From Polyangiaceae bacterium (lineage in GTDB: Bacteria; Myxococcota_A; Polyangia; Polyangiales; Polyangiaceae), in NCBI GenBank assembly GCA_044222475.1, contig JBGANF010000108.1:1-27185 (forward strand): a stretch of DNA of 27,185 nt, in the 5' to 3' direction. Within the stretch, counting starts at the first letter, position 1, and the number at the start of each line of letters is the position of its first letter. Below the pieces are notes generated by a model. The model was given only the letters and a program-made list of their open reading frames with translations. It ran no database searches and was not told the DNA's origin. Both the position numbers and the translations under genes were made by a program. Shown one piece after another: positions 16,007-26,028 of this stretch.

Positions 16007-17989
16007 TCAGTACGCGAACAGTCGCGCGCCGTGGCGAGCGACCGTCACGGTCGAGTGACCGCCCGCCGGCCGACGCGTCGGCGGCGTGATCTCGTACGCG
16101 TCGCCGGGCAGATCGAGCTCGGTCGTGTACGGGTCGTCTGCCCAACCGAACACCGCGACCGCGCCGTGCTTGCCGTCGGCGGAGACCTTCTTCCAGACGT
16201 GCGGCACGTTCGTGTCGTGGTTGCCGAGGAACAGCGGGCTCGGCGCCGACTGCGGATCGATCCCGGCCATGAGATCGACCGGCCGCGCCGCGATCCCGTC
16301 GCGGGTGAGCGCGAGCACGTCCGGCGCGAGCGACATCGCGCGACGCGCGTCGCCCGCTTGCCGCGGATCCCCGAGGAGGTAGTTGCCGCCCGCCATCGCC
16401 GAGAGGACCACGACGGTCCACGCGTCGGCGTCGTTGATGCTCGCTCCGCGAAGGAGGACGACGTCGGGGTCGAGCGACCACCACGCGTCGGTGTGCGCGC
16501 GAAACGCGACGTGCCGCGCCTGCGTGACGATGAACGGGAACTGCGGCTCCTTGCTGGTGGCGAACGCGACGTCGGGTCCGATCCGCATGCTGTCGACGTA
16601 CCCGACGGACGGCAACGTCGGAGCTCCGCAGCCGACGATGTGCACGTCGGGCACGGCCTCGCGCAGCGTCTTCATCCATAGGGCGTACGACTCCAAACCG
16701 GTGATCGGCTTCTGGCGCACGCCCTCGACGGCGGCGCCGAAGAGGAAGTCCGTCTTCAGCGTGCGGTAGCCCCACGTCCGTAGCTGCTGCACCGCTTGGA
16801 CGACGAAGGCGCGCGCCTCGTCGTTCGTGACGTCGAGTGCGGCGTAGTCGGGCCCGATGTTGTTGTAGAGCCGGAGCGGGCCGCTGCGCGAGTGGACGAA
16901 CCACTCCGGGTGCTGTGCGATCATCGGATCGACCACGTCGACGTAGATCGGCGCGAGCCAGATCGCCGGGCGAAGCCCGGCGGTCGTCTGCTCGGCGGTG
17001 AGCGTCGCGAGATCGGCGCCGAACTCCGGCGACGCGAGCCAGGAGCCCCAGTGCGCTTCGTAGCCGTCGTCGAGGAGGAAGTCCGTCAGCCCGAGCGGCG
17101 CGAGGGTGCTCTTCGCGAAGGCCGCCTCGTCGCGGAGATCCTGCGCCTTGATGGCTGCATAATACATGTTCCAGGAGCCCCAGCCGCCGAGCGCCGGTTT
17201 GCGCGGCGCCAGCGGCGGATGACGCGCCGCGACTCGCTTCGCGTACGCCTCGAGGTTCGCTTTCACGTCGCCGAGCGCGAGGACGATCCCGTCGAGCGAG
17301 CGCGACTCGGACGGCGCGAGCGTGATGGCCTCTCCGGTCATCCCTTGGACGATGCGCATGCGCACGCCCCCCGATCGATCGATGGCGACGCGGGTCTTGA
17401 GCACCGTGCCCCCATCGGCGCCGACGAAGATGCCGTCACCGGTCGCGCCCGAGGCGGCGGAATACCACCACGAGACGCCTGGCACCTCGCCGAGTACGTC
17501 CTCCGAGTCGCCTCCGCGAGGTGCGGTTCCGAGGACGTCGACGAGCGGCTCCGGGATCGCCTCGACCCCGGTGTACGTCCAGCTCTGGTAGCCCTCGTGG
17601 AGCATCCGGTCTACCGGGAGCCCGAGGCCGGCGCCATCCGTCGACCACTCGAGCCCGACGACGGTGACTGCATCGGTCGTGCTCGGGTTCTTGAGGACGA
17701 CGTCGCGGACGAGCACGCCACCGTCGTTCTTCCAGGCGCCTTCGACCTTCACCGGTGCGCTCGCGACCGGGCTCCATACTGGTGCGTCGATCGAGCCGGT
17801 GGCGACTCGGAGCCCGAGGCGAATCGTCGTCGCGCAAGCGCCGGTCCCGGTCACCGTCGCGTCGCTCGCTCCCGAAGCGCCGAGCGCGAAGGTGCAGGGG
17901 TCGACGGCCGGTGGCGTGGACGAGCACGCGGGTGCCGAGAGCACGACGACGACCACGAAGAGGAGGGCGCGTTTCACGTCGACCATCAT
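16007..17989 (-). CDS. Alpha-galactosidase-like (GH36) lipoprotein
   Basis: GYQSWT, GWGSWNMYY, LLDDGY, PAIWLAP, LDVT, nucleophile region LKTDFL, MRIGPD, LDPD; lipobox-like APAC. Start is ATG 17989/17986 or GTG 17977. Confidence 0.85.
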   Translation of the reverse strand: MMVDVKRALLFVVVVVLSAPACSSTPPAVDPCTFALGASGASDATVTGTGACATTIRLGLRVATGSIDAPVWSPVASAPVKVEGAWKNDGGVLVRDVVLKNPSTTDAVTVVGLEWSTDGAGLGLPVDRMLHEGYQSWTYTGVEAIPEPLVDVLGTAPRGGDSEDVLGEVPGVSWWYSAASGATGDGIFVGADGGTVLKTRVAIDRSGGVRMRIVQGMTGEAITLAPSESRSLDGIVLALGDVKANLEAYAKRVAARHPPLAPRKPALGGWGSWNMYYAAIKAQDLRDEAAFAKSTLAPLGLTDFLLDDGYEAHWGSWLASPEFGADLATLTAEQTTAGLRPAIWLAPIYVDVVDPMIAQHPEWFVHSRSGPLRLYNNIGPDYAALDVTNDEARAFVVQAVQQLRTWGYRTLKTDFLFGAAVEGVRQKPITGLESYALWMKTLREAVPDVHIVGCGAPTLPSVGYVDSMRIGPDVAFATSKEPQFPFIVTQARHVAFRAHTDAWWSLDPDVVLLRGASINDADAWTVVVLSAMAGGNYLLGDPRQAGDARRAMSLAPDVLALTRDGIAARPVDLMAGIDPQSAPSPLFLGNHDTNVPHVWKKVSADGKHGAVAVFGWADDPYTTELDLPGDAYEITPPTRRPAGGHSTVTVARHGARLFAY

Positions 17990-18074
17990 GAGGTAGTTTG
18001 CGGAGGTGAGGAAGCGGTGGAAGCACCTCGCGGATTCGTCGACATTCCTCGGCTCCGAGCAGTACCATGGTCGG

Positions 18075-18644
18075 ATGTCCAACGCGGCAGCGCGGACCAT
18101 CAAGGGCGGCGTGTTGTCGTCGCGCCTGTCGTTCCTGCGCAGCCGCGGTGGCGACGAAGCCGTCGAGCGCGTCTTCCAACGCCTCCCGAAAGCGGACGTG
18201 GCGCTGCTTCGAGGCACCATCGCCCCGGCGGGCTGGTACTCGTTCGATACCGGATCGCGGCTCGACGCCGCCATCGCGGAGGAGCTCGGCGGCGGCGAAG
18301 CGCTCTTTCTCCTGATGGGCGCGCAGTCGGCCGAGGACAACCTGAGCCACGCTCAGCGAGCGTTCGTCCGCGAGCGCGATCCGCTCGCGCTGCTCAAGAG
18401 CGCCGCGTCGATCTATCGCCTCTACTACAAGTCCGGGCGCCGTACGTTCGAGCGCGTCGGCGAACGAAAGGTGGTCCTGCGCACCTACGACAGCGAGACG
18501 TTCTCCCGCGCGGACTGCCTGACCGTCGTCGGCTGGCACGAGCGCGTCATCGGGATGTGCGGCGGGAAGAAGGTCCACGTCGAAGAGACGAAGTGCAGAG
18601 CCCGAGGCGACGACGTGTGCGAGTACGTCTGCGAGTGGGACTGA
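18075..18644 (+). CDS. TIGR02265/DUF2378-like myxobacterial protein with V4R-like C-terminus
   Basis: IKGGVLSSRLSFL, GWYSF, IYRLYY..G, C...GW, CRARGDDVCEYVCEW. Confidence 0.7.
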   Translation: MSNAAARTIKGGVLSSRLSFLRSRGGDEAVERVFQRLPKADVALLRGTIAPAGWYSFDTGSRLDAAIAEELGGGEALFLLMGAQSAEDNLSHAQRAFVRERDPLALLKSAASIYRLYYKSGRRTFERVGERKVVLRTYDSETFSRADCLTVVGWHERVIGMCGGKKVHVEETKCRARGDDVCEYVCEWD

Positions 18645-18654
18645 GCGCGCTCGG

Positions 18655-21600
18655 TCAGTCTGCCCACGCTTGGGCCAACTCGAGAGTCATGGCGTTCTCG
18701 GGGATCTGCGTGAGGAACGCCTCTCGAATCGCGGGGTTCGTCATCCGCGCGGCGCGCGCCTCCAAGCGGTGTGCCGCGTCGGCGACGGCAGCGCGCGCCA
18801 GCATCTCCTGATCATCGGCGAAGAGGGCCTCGGCCCACACCAGCCGCACGAGCGACTCGCCCTCGTCGATTCCACCGAGAGAGACGAGCAGCTCGTACGC
18901 CTCGCGGGCAGCCTCCAGCGCGGCCTTCTTCTGGTCGCGGAGCAGCTCGATGTGGGCGAGCATCGCAAGGGCGTAGGCGCGGAAGGTCGGTGGGATGTCT
19001 TCGCGCATCGTGATCCGCTTCGCCTGCGCGACGGCCTCTTCGAGTCGGCCCGCGCGGGCGAGCGAGTGCGCCAGGTAGATGCGCGAGCCGTCCTCCATGC
19101 GCGGCCGCTTCTGCACGTGGAAGGCCTCGATGGCGTCTTCCTGCAGGGCGAGCGCTTCCTCCGGTCTGCCGAGGTGCGCGAGCGCGAGCCCGAGGTTCTG
19201 TTTGGCGGCGGCGACGACCGACTCGAGCCCCATCTCTTCGGCGATGGCGAGCGTGCGTCGAAGGATCTGCTCGGCGTCTTCGTACAGGCCGGCCTCGATG
19301 AACCCGAAGCCCACGTTGATCCGATGCGACGAGGCGTTCCGTCGGTCGCCGATCTGCTCGTACTGACGGATGCCTTCCTGCGTCCACTCCAGCATCGCGC
19401 CGGTGTCGCCGGAGAAGTGCGCGAGAGCACCCCGAGCGCCGGCGACGCGAGCGGCGACACGCGGCTCGGCCAGGACCGGCGAGTCACCCTGCGCGTCGAG
19501 GAGCTCGACGAGCGAAGCCGCCGACGCCGGATCGCCGGCGTGCGCGAAGGCCACGCACGTCATGGCCAGCGCGACGGCCATCGCAGGCGTGAGCTTGGAG
19601 CGAGCTCGCGCCTCGATGCGCGCCGCGATCGCGCGGAGCTCGTCGGTTCGGTGCATTCGTCCGAGGGCCGCCGCGAGCTGACCGGCAGCGTCGAACCAGG
19701 GCTGACCGCTCTCGTCGAGGACCCCGACCGCCTCCTGAAAGTACTTCACCGATCGCACCGAGTCGCCACGCCACCACGCGACGTTGCCCAGCCGCGTGAG
19801 CAGCAGACCGCGTTCGTCGCCGGTCGCCCCACACTCGATGCCGCGCCTCGCACACTCGACGGCCGCATCGAGATCGTTGCCGCCGGCCGCCTGATCGGCA
19901 GCCTGCAGATACCAACGCACGGCGCGCGCCGGCTGTCCGCTGCGCTCGAAGTGCTCGGCCAGCACGCGGGGGTCGGCCTCGCCGGCGCGCTCGAGCCACG
20001 TGCCCGCTACGCGATGCCCCAGCGCGCGGTCTTGCGAGGTGAGCGTCGCGTAGGCCGCTTCGCGAACGAGCTCGTTCCGGAAGATGAACTCGCGCTCGCT
20101 GGGGAATCGGCTCTCCGAGCGACGGCTGATGACCTCGCGGTCGCACAGCCCGTCGAGCCACTCTCCCACGCTGGGCGCGAGCGACGGATCGACCAGCGCC
20201 TTCACGCCGCCCTCCCAGAAGACGTCGCCGAAGACGCTCGCTGCGCGAAGCACCTGTCGCGCATCCGCTTCGAGCGCGTCGAGGCGCGCGTGCACCATCG
20301 CGAGCACCGTCTCGGGTAGAGCGTTGCCGTGGCCGGTGGCCACCGAGCGGATCAGCTCCTCCAAGTAAAAGACGTTGCCACCGGCGAGCTCGACGAGTCG
20401 AGCCACCATCGGCGCCGTCACGCGATCGCCGAGCACGTGGCGAACGAGGCGCTCGGCGGCCTTCTTCGAGATCTCACCCAGGTGGACTACGGTCATCGGC
20501 CGACCGGCCCAGAGCTTCGGGAACGCTTCGTGGACGTCGGGGCGCGCGAGCGACAGGACCATGAGCGGGCTCTCGGCGAGCGCCCGCACTGCGCCGTCCA
20601 CGAGCTTGATGGTGGGCAAGTCGCCCCACTGCAGGTCCTCCAGGACGAGCATGACCGGGTTCGCACCGCACTCGGCAGCGAGGAAGTCGTCCCATGCTCG
20701 TTGCATCAGATCGCCCATGAGCATCGCGTCGCCGCGCGCCGAGCGAAGCTGCACGCTCTCCGTGTCGCTGAATGGCACGCCGGCGATCTCCCCGAGGAAC
20801 TCGCTGATGCGCGTCACGTGCTCCGCCGCCACGTGACGCGCCACACGCGCACGGAGCTTCTGTTGCTTGACCGCGAGCGCCTCTCCGTCGAGCACGTGGG
20901 CCGCTTGACGCACGAGCTGACCTGCGAGCGTGAACGGCGAGCCCGCGCGCATCGGATCACCGCGACACGTCCACACCTCGACCGTGTCTCCGCGCTCTTT
21001 GACCCGGCGCAGGAACTCGTAGCGCAAGCGCGACTTGCCGAACCCCGCGTCGCCGACGACGAGCATCACGGCTGCGACGGAGTCCTCTTCGCACTCCTGC
21101 CAAGCCGCGAGGAGGCTCCCGAGCTCGCGCTCGCGCCCCACGCACGGCGTGACCATGCCGAGGAGCTTGCGAGTCGCGACCGCCGCCTCGCGTTCCAGGA
21201 CGAGGAAGAGCCCGTGCTCGTCGCCCGCGAGCTCGAAGCGTGCGTCGAGGAGGCCCGCAGTGGTCTCGTCGATCCGCACGCCGTGGCGGGCCGCGCCATC
21301 GGCTCGCCGCGCGGACTCGGCAGCGAGCAGAGCGGCCGCGCGTTCGATCGCGTCGCCGACGGGGAGCGGACCGGCCACGACGCCTCGCCCCGTGGCGAGC
21401 ACGACGGGAGCGTCGCCCATCTCGACTTGCACGCGCAGCGCGCATCGGCCCGCGCGTACCGCCTGATCGGTCGCGCTACCCGTCCCTTGCAGAGTCGCCA
21501 CTAGCGCGCCGCTGGCCAGCGACTCCACCGTGCCGCCGAACTCCTTGATGATGGGGAGGATGCGCGAGCGCTCGGTGTCGACGCGCCGCCCGGTCTCCGT

Positions 21601-22512
21601 CGGAGGTTCGCCCTGCGCGACGATCACGCTGACGAGTCGCTGCTCGCCGTGCGTGAGGGACTCGGGCGCGATCGGAACGGGGGGCGCGCTGTCGCCCTTG
21701 GGCGGTTGGATGCGGGCGAGAGCGGCCGCGACCGCGTTCCCATCCGCGGGGCGTGCTTTGGGATCCTTGTCGAGCATGCGCGCGACCAGATCGTCGAGCT
21801 CGGGGGGCACCTCGGGGGCGAACTGGCGGATGTGGGGTGCGGGCTCGAAGAGAACCTTCGCGAGGACGCTGACGAGATCGTCACCGCTGAACGCGTTGCG
21901 ACCGGTGGCGCACTTGAACAGCGTCGCGCCCAGCGAGAAGACGTCGGCGGGCGGGCCGAGATCGCGCTCGCCGCGCGCCTGCTCGGGCGCGATGTACGCC
22001 GGGGTGCCGACGAGCATGTTCGTGCGCGTCACCTCGAGCGACGTCGACCGGCGAGCGAGACCGAAGTCGACCAACGTCGCGGTGTCGACCGCGCCGCCCG
22101 CGAGCATGACGTTGGCGGGCTTCACGTCGCGGTGAACGAGCTTGCGCGCGTGCGCGGCTCCCAGCGCCGCGGCGATGCGGCGCCCGAGGATCAACGTGTC
22201 CCTGATGGAGAGCTTGCCGCGCTGCAGGCGCTTGGCGAGGGTCTCTCCCTCGATCCACTGCATGGCGAGGAACGGCTCGCCAGTGGAGAGAATCCCGTGG
22301 GCGACGTAGCGCACCGCACCCGGGTGGCTGATCTCTGCGATGGCCGCCGCCTCACGCGCGAAGCGCTCGGCATGCTCGCCGGGGGCGTGCAACACCTTGA
22401 GCGCGACCAGCTGCCCCGTGAGCATGTCGCGGGCGCGATGCACCGTGCCCATGGCACCCGTGCCTATCTTCTCTTCGACCGCGAACCGGCCGGCGATCAG
22501 CTCGCCTTCCAT
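18655..22512 (-). CDS. Multidomain Ser/Thr kinase + degenerate cyclase-like domain + STAND/AAA ATPase + TPR repeats
   Basis: Kinase GTGAMG, HRDVKPAN, DFG, GTPAYIAPE; CVGRERE, Walker A GDAGFGKS, Walker B LVLEDLQW, GNVFYLEEL; TPR-like helical C-terminus. Confidence 0.93.
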   Translation of the reverse strand: MEGELIAGRFAVEEKIGTGAMGTVHRARDMLTGQLVALKVLHAPGEHAERFAREAAAIAEISHPGAVRYVAHGILSTGEPFLAMQWIEGETLAKRLQRGKLSIRDTLILGRRIAAALGAAHARKLVHRDVKPANVMLAGGAVDTATLVDFGLARRSTSLEVTRTNMLVGTPAYIAPEQARGERDLGPPADVFSLGATLFKCATGRNAFSGDDLVSVLAKVLFEPAPHIRQFAPEVPPELDDLVARMLDKDPKARPADGNAVAAALARIQPPKGDSAPPVPIAPESLTHGEQRLVSVIVAQGEPPTETGRRVDTERSRILPIIKEFGGTVESLASGALVATLQGTGSATDQAVRAGRCALRVQVEMGDAPVVLATGRGVVAGPLPVGDAIERAAALLAAESARRADGAARHGVRIDETTAGLLDARFELAGDEHGLFLVLEREAAVATRKLLGMVTPCVGRERELGSLLAAWQECEEDSVAAVMLVVGDAGFGKSRLRYEFLRRVKERGDTVEVWTCRGDPMRAGSPFTLAGQLVRQAAHVLDGEALAVKQQKLRARVARHVAAEHVTRISEFLGEIAGVPFSDTESVQLRSARGDAMLMGDLMQRAWDDFLAAECGANPVMLVLEDLQWGDLPTIKLVDGAVRALAESPLMVLSLARPDVHEAFPKLWAGRPMTVVHLGEISKKAAERLVRHVLGDRVTAPMVARLVELAGGNVFYLEELIRSVATGHGNALPETVLAMVHARLDALEADARQVLRAASVFGDVFWEGGVKALVDPSLAPSVGEWLDGLCDREVISRRSESRFPSEREFIFRNELVREAAYATLTSQDRALGHRVAGTWLERAGEADPRVLAEHFERSGQPARAVRWYLQAADQAAGGNDLDAAVECARRGIECGATGDERGLLLTRLGNVAWWRGDSVRSVKYFQEAVGVLDESGQPWFDAAGQLAAALGRMHRTDELRAIAARIEARARSKLTPAMAVALAMTCVAFAHAGDPASAASLVELLDAQGDSPVLAEPRVAARVAGARGALAHFSGDTGAMLEWTQEGIRQYEQIGDRRNASSHRINVGFGFIEAGLYEDAEQILRRTLAIAEEMGLESVVAAAKQNLGLALAHLGRPEEALALQEDAIEAFHVQKRPRMEDGSRIYLAHSLARAGRLEEAVAQAKRITMREDIPPTFRAYALAMLAHIELLRDQKKAALEAAREAYELLVSLGGIDEGESLVRLVWAEALFADDQEMLARAAVADAAHRLEARAARMTNPAIREAFLTQIPENAMTLELAQAWAD

Positions 22513-22576
22513 GGCACCTGCCCATTTGAGCGTAGGCGATTCGACGGTGGTTTCAAAGCTCGACGCGAGCGGCGAG

Positions 22577-24058
22577 TCAACGTTGGGCGTGACGCGCCGA
22601 GACGAGACCGCGCCGGCGGAGCAAGCGGTAGAACGTCGCTGGGCTCAGCCCGGATCGTCGAGCTGCATCGCGGACGTGGCCCTTCGTCGCGCGAAGCAGA
22701 TCTTCGAGGTACCCGCGCTCGAGGGGGGCGAGCCACTCCTCGCGCATCGCTTCCAGACCGCGCGCCCGAACGGCGGGCTCGGGCGGCGCCCCCCGCGTGA
22801 GCGCGCGCGGGAGCTCGGCGACGCCGATCTCGTCCCCCGGAGCGAGGATGACGGCTCGCTCGATGACGTTGCGAAGCTCACGGAGATTCCCCGGGTACCG
22901 ATAGTCGACGAGCAGAGCCATGGCGCCCTCGGTGACCCTGGAGACGGCGCGACCGTGCTTGCGATTCGCTTGATCGAGGAACACGCGAACGAGGATCGGT
23001 ATGTTCTGGCGAAACGAGCGCAGCGCCGGGAGCTCGATGCTCACGACACCGACGCGGTGGTAGAGATCACTCCGAAACTGATCGCGATCCATCATCGCTT
23101 CGAGGTCGCGGTTCGTCGCCGCGATGATGCGAACGTCGACGCGCTCGGTTCGTGCTCCGCCGACCGGCGTGATCTCGCCCTGCTCGATGGCACGCAGGAG
23201 CTTGACCTGGAGCGCGGGCGTCAAGTCTCCGAGCTCGTCGAGGAAGAGCGTCCCGCGGTGCGCGCGCTGCATCTCGCCGATTCGAGTGTGGGTCGCGCCG
23301 GTGAACGCGCCGCGCACGTGACCGAAGAGCGTGCTCTCGAGGAGCGTCTCCGGGATGGCCGCGCAATTGACGACGACGAGAGGCGCCGACGCGCGCGCGC
23401 TGTTGAAGTGGATCGAGTTCGCGACCAGCTCCTTCCCGGTGCCGCTCTCGCCACGAACGAGGACCGGCGCCGACGTCGGAGCGACCCGCTCGATCACCCG
23501 CTCGACGTCGAGCCACTCGGCGGAGAGCCCCTTCACCAGGAGCTCGCGCCCCTGCTCGCGCCCCCGGGTGCGCTGGAGCTGAGCGCGTCGGAGGAACTTC
23601 GCGGCCGATGCGGCCAGCGCAGAGAGCTCGACGATCGTCCGATCGTCGAACGCATCACGCGCCGGCGAGGAGACGCTGATGACGCCGATGACCTTGCGCG
23701 AGTACTCGATCGGGACGGCGGCGACGGACTGCGCGTCGAAGAAGTACGGTGCGTACGTGGGGTCGGCGTGCGTGTCTCCGGTGCGATACGGGCGACCATG
23801 GTCCGTGACCCAGAACGCGATCCCGTTCGCTCGACCGTCGGTGCGGCGGCGGAGGATGACGTCGCCGAGTGGGACTGCGACCCCTTGCACGACGTGAAAG
23901 TCGACGCGCAGGCCCGACGTCTTCGGGTCGACGAGGAAGACCGCGCCGTGCTGCGCGCGCGTTCGTTCGAGCGCGAGATCGAGGATCTTCCGCTCCAGCG
24001 ACTCGATGGCCTCCTCGTGGAGCGCCCGGTCGAACTGCTCCCACGTCGTCTCGATCAC
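22577..24058 (-). CDS. GAF-domain sigma54 enhancer-binding protein
   Basis: GAF: GIAFWV...SVAAVPI...VIGVISV...[31 protein letters not shown]-terminal HTH. Confidence 0.95.
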   Translation of the reverse strand: MIETTWEQFDRALHEEAIESLERKILDLALERTRAQHGAVFLVDPKTSGLRVDFHVVQGVAVPLGDVILRRRTDGRANGIAFWVTDHGRPYRTGDTHADPTYAPYFFDAQSVAAVPIEYSRKVIGVISVSSPARDAFDDRTIVELSALAASAAKFLRRAQLQRTRGREQGRELLVKGLSAEWLDVERVIERVAPTSAPVLVRGESGTGKELVANSIHFNSARASAPLVVVNCAAIPETLLESTLFGHVRGAFTGATHTRIGEMQRAHRGTLFLDELGDLTPALQVKLLRAIEQGEITPVGGARTERVDVRIIAATNRDLEAMMDRDQFRSDLYHRVGVVSIELPALRSFRQNIPILVRVFLDQANRKHGRAVSRVTEGAMALLVDYRYPGNLRELRNVIERAVILAPGDEIGVAELPRALTRGAPPEPAVRARGLEAMREEWLAPLERGYLEDLLRATKGHVRDAARRSGLSPATFYRLLRRRGLVSARHAQR

Positions 24059-24144
24059 GATACTAGATTCTCACGACGAATACATTCGTTCAATCTGCGA
24101 TACGAGATCCGGCCAAAACCTCAATGAAATCGGGGCACGCCCGT

Positions 24145-24161
24145 CTGGCCCACTCGTTGCT
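24145..24161 (+). promoter_or_regulatory. Sigma54 -24/-12 promoter
   Basis: CTGGCCCACTCGTTGCT (GG-N10-GC), divergent from the GAF activator and just upstream of ATG 24174. Confidence 0.75.
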
Positions 24162-24173
24162 CTACCCGAGGGC

Positions 24174-26015
24174 ATGAAGTCTCTACGAGTCCTTCCCCCG
24201 CTGGTCTCCGTCGGATTGATCGCAGCCTGCGCCGTCGACGCAGAGCCTGTCGGGTCTCACCGCTCCGCCATCCTGGCGACCGACGTCGTGATCAACGAGT
24301 TCACCGCTGGGAGCGCGGGCAAGATCGAGCTCTACAACCCGACGAGCGCGCCCATCGACGTGTCGAACTGGAAGGTCGACGACGTCGCGAACGGCGGCTC
24401 GACCCCGAAGAGCGTCGGGACCAACGTCGTCATCCCGCCCGGTGGGTTCTTCGTCGTCGCGTTCTCCGGGATCAACACCTCGTCGGCGGACGCGGTCCGG
24501 CTCGTCGACACGAACGGCGTCGAGCGCGACGCCCACTCGAACTTCTGGGTCGGCACCTCGATCGCGAACCAGTGCTTCGGACGTTCACCGGACGGTGACG
24601 CCTGGGCGACGGGGACCATCCCCTGCTCGCTCGGGACGACGAACATCGTCCCCGCCGGAATCGTGCTCCGCGGCACGATCGTCACCCCCGACACGTTCTT
24701 CGTCGGCGAGGTCCGGATCGACGGCGACGTCATCAAGTGCGTCGGCGTGAGCTGCACCGTCCCCGGTGCGCAGGTCGTCGATACCCACGGCATCATCTTC
24801 CCGGGCTTGATCGACGCCCACAACCACATCCTCTTCGACGTGTTCGACGAGAGCGACTGGACTCCGCCCAAGGTCTACACCAACCACAACCAGTGGACGT
24901 CCGACCCGCGCTACCACGCGATGGTCGACGCGAAGCAGTGGATGAACGGCGAAGGCGCGTCGACGACCGATCTCGGCTGCGAGATGGACAAGTACGGGGA
25001 GCTGAAGGGACTCGTCGCCGGGACCACGTCGATCCTCGGCGCGGCGAACTCCGCCAACCGCGCGTGCTACGGCTCGCTGGCTCGCACCATCGACCAGTCG
25101 CCGAACGATCTCGGCAGCGACAAGATGCAGGTCGCGACCATCTTCCCGAGCACGAGCACCGCCGATGGCGTGTGCGCCAACTTCGCCAACGGCTCCACCG
25201 ACGCCTACGTGATCCACGTCGGCGAGGGGGTCGACGCGACGGCGCTCGCAGAGTTCGGCAAGCTCGGGACGGTCACCACCGCCGACGGGTGCCTCTACGA
25301 TCACCGGACGACCATCATCCACGGGACCGCGCTCGGAGCGACCGAGATGACGGCGATGGCCACGAGCGGGATGAGCCTCGTGTGGTCGCCGCGCTCGAAC
25401 GTGTTCCTCTACGGCGCCGGCACCGACATGACGAAGACCACCGACGTACCGCTGGCGCTCTCGCTCGGCGTGAACGTCGCGCTCGCGCCGGACTGGTCGA
25501 TCGGCGGAAGCCAGAACCTGCTCGACGAGCTTCGCTTCGCCGACCAGGTCGACGCCGCGCGCTGGGGCGACACCCTCACCCCGCAACGCCTCGTCCAGAT
25601 GGTCACGACCAACGCGGCCCATGCGCTCGGGCTCGAAGCCGTCATCGGCTCGATCGCGGTCGGCAAGAAGGCCGACCTGCTCGTCATCTCCGGCAACGAG
25701 GCCGCACCCTACGACGCCCTCCTCGCGGCGCGTCCGGCCAACGTGAAGATGACCATCGTCGGCGGCACCATCCTCTACGGCGACACCGAGTTCGAGTCGC
25801 TCGCGCCCCGGACTCCGGGTTGCGAGCACATCGACATCTGCGGGGTGACCAAGTTCATGTGCGTCGCGGAGTCCGCATCGACGTCGACGAACAAGCTCGG
25901 TCAGACCTACTCCGACATCCAGACGGCGCTCGCCGGCGGCCTCTCCACCTACGACGGGCTGGGCCTCACCCAGTGGACGTTCTCGCCGGTCGCGCCGCTC
26001 GTGAAATGCGAGTAG
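24174..26015 (+). CDS. Lipoprotein with lamin-tail domain (LTD) and metal-dependent amidohydrolase/deaminase domain
   Basis: Lipobox IAAC; LTD VVINEF...IELYNPT..PIDVSNW; PGLIDAHNH, IHVGEG, IIHGT, ALAPDW, GSIAVGKKADL. Confidence 0.88.
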   Translation: MKSLRVLPPLVSVGLIAACAVDAEPVGSHRSAILATDVVINEFTAGSAGKIELYNPTSAPIDVSNWKVDDVANGGSTPKSVGTNVVIPPGGFFVVAFSGINTSSADAVRLVDTNGVERDAHSNFWVGTSIANQCFGRSPDGDAWATGTIPCSLGTTNIVPAGIVLRGTIVTPDTFFVGEVRIDGDVIKCVGVSCTVPGAQVVDTHGIIFPGLIDAHNHILFDVFDESDWTPPKVYTNHNQWTSDPRYHAMVDAKQWMNGEGASTTDLGCEMDKYGELKGLVAGTTSILGAANSANRACYGSLARTIDQSPNDLGSDKMQVATIFPSTSTADGVCANFANGSTDAYVIHVGEGVDATALAEFGKLGTVTTADGCLYDHRTTIIHGTALGATEMTAMATSGMSLVWSPRSNVFLYGAGTDMTKTTDVPLALSLGVNVALAPDWSIGGSQNLLDELRFADQVDAARWGDTLTPQRLVQMVTTNAAHALGLEAVIGSIAVGKKADLLVISGNEAAPYDALLAARPANVKMTIVGGTILYGDTEFESLAPRTPGCEHIDICGVTKFMCVAESASTSTNKLGQTYSDIQTALAGGLSTYDGLGLTQWTFSPVAPLVKCE

Positions 26016-26028
26016 CTTTTCGGGAGCC

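Noticed and set aside
17990..18340. N-terminal extension of the GH36 ORF
   Set aside because: Antisense to the TIGR02265-like gene; the signal peptide begins near 17989-17977.
22340..24127. 595-aa plus-strand ORF
   Set aside because: Antisense mirror of the GAF-sigma54 activator.
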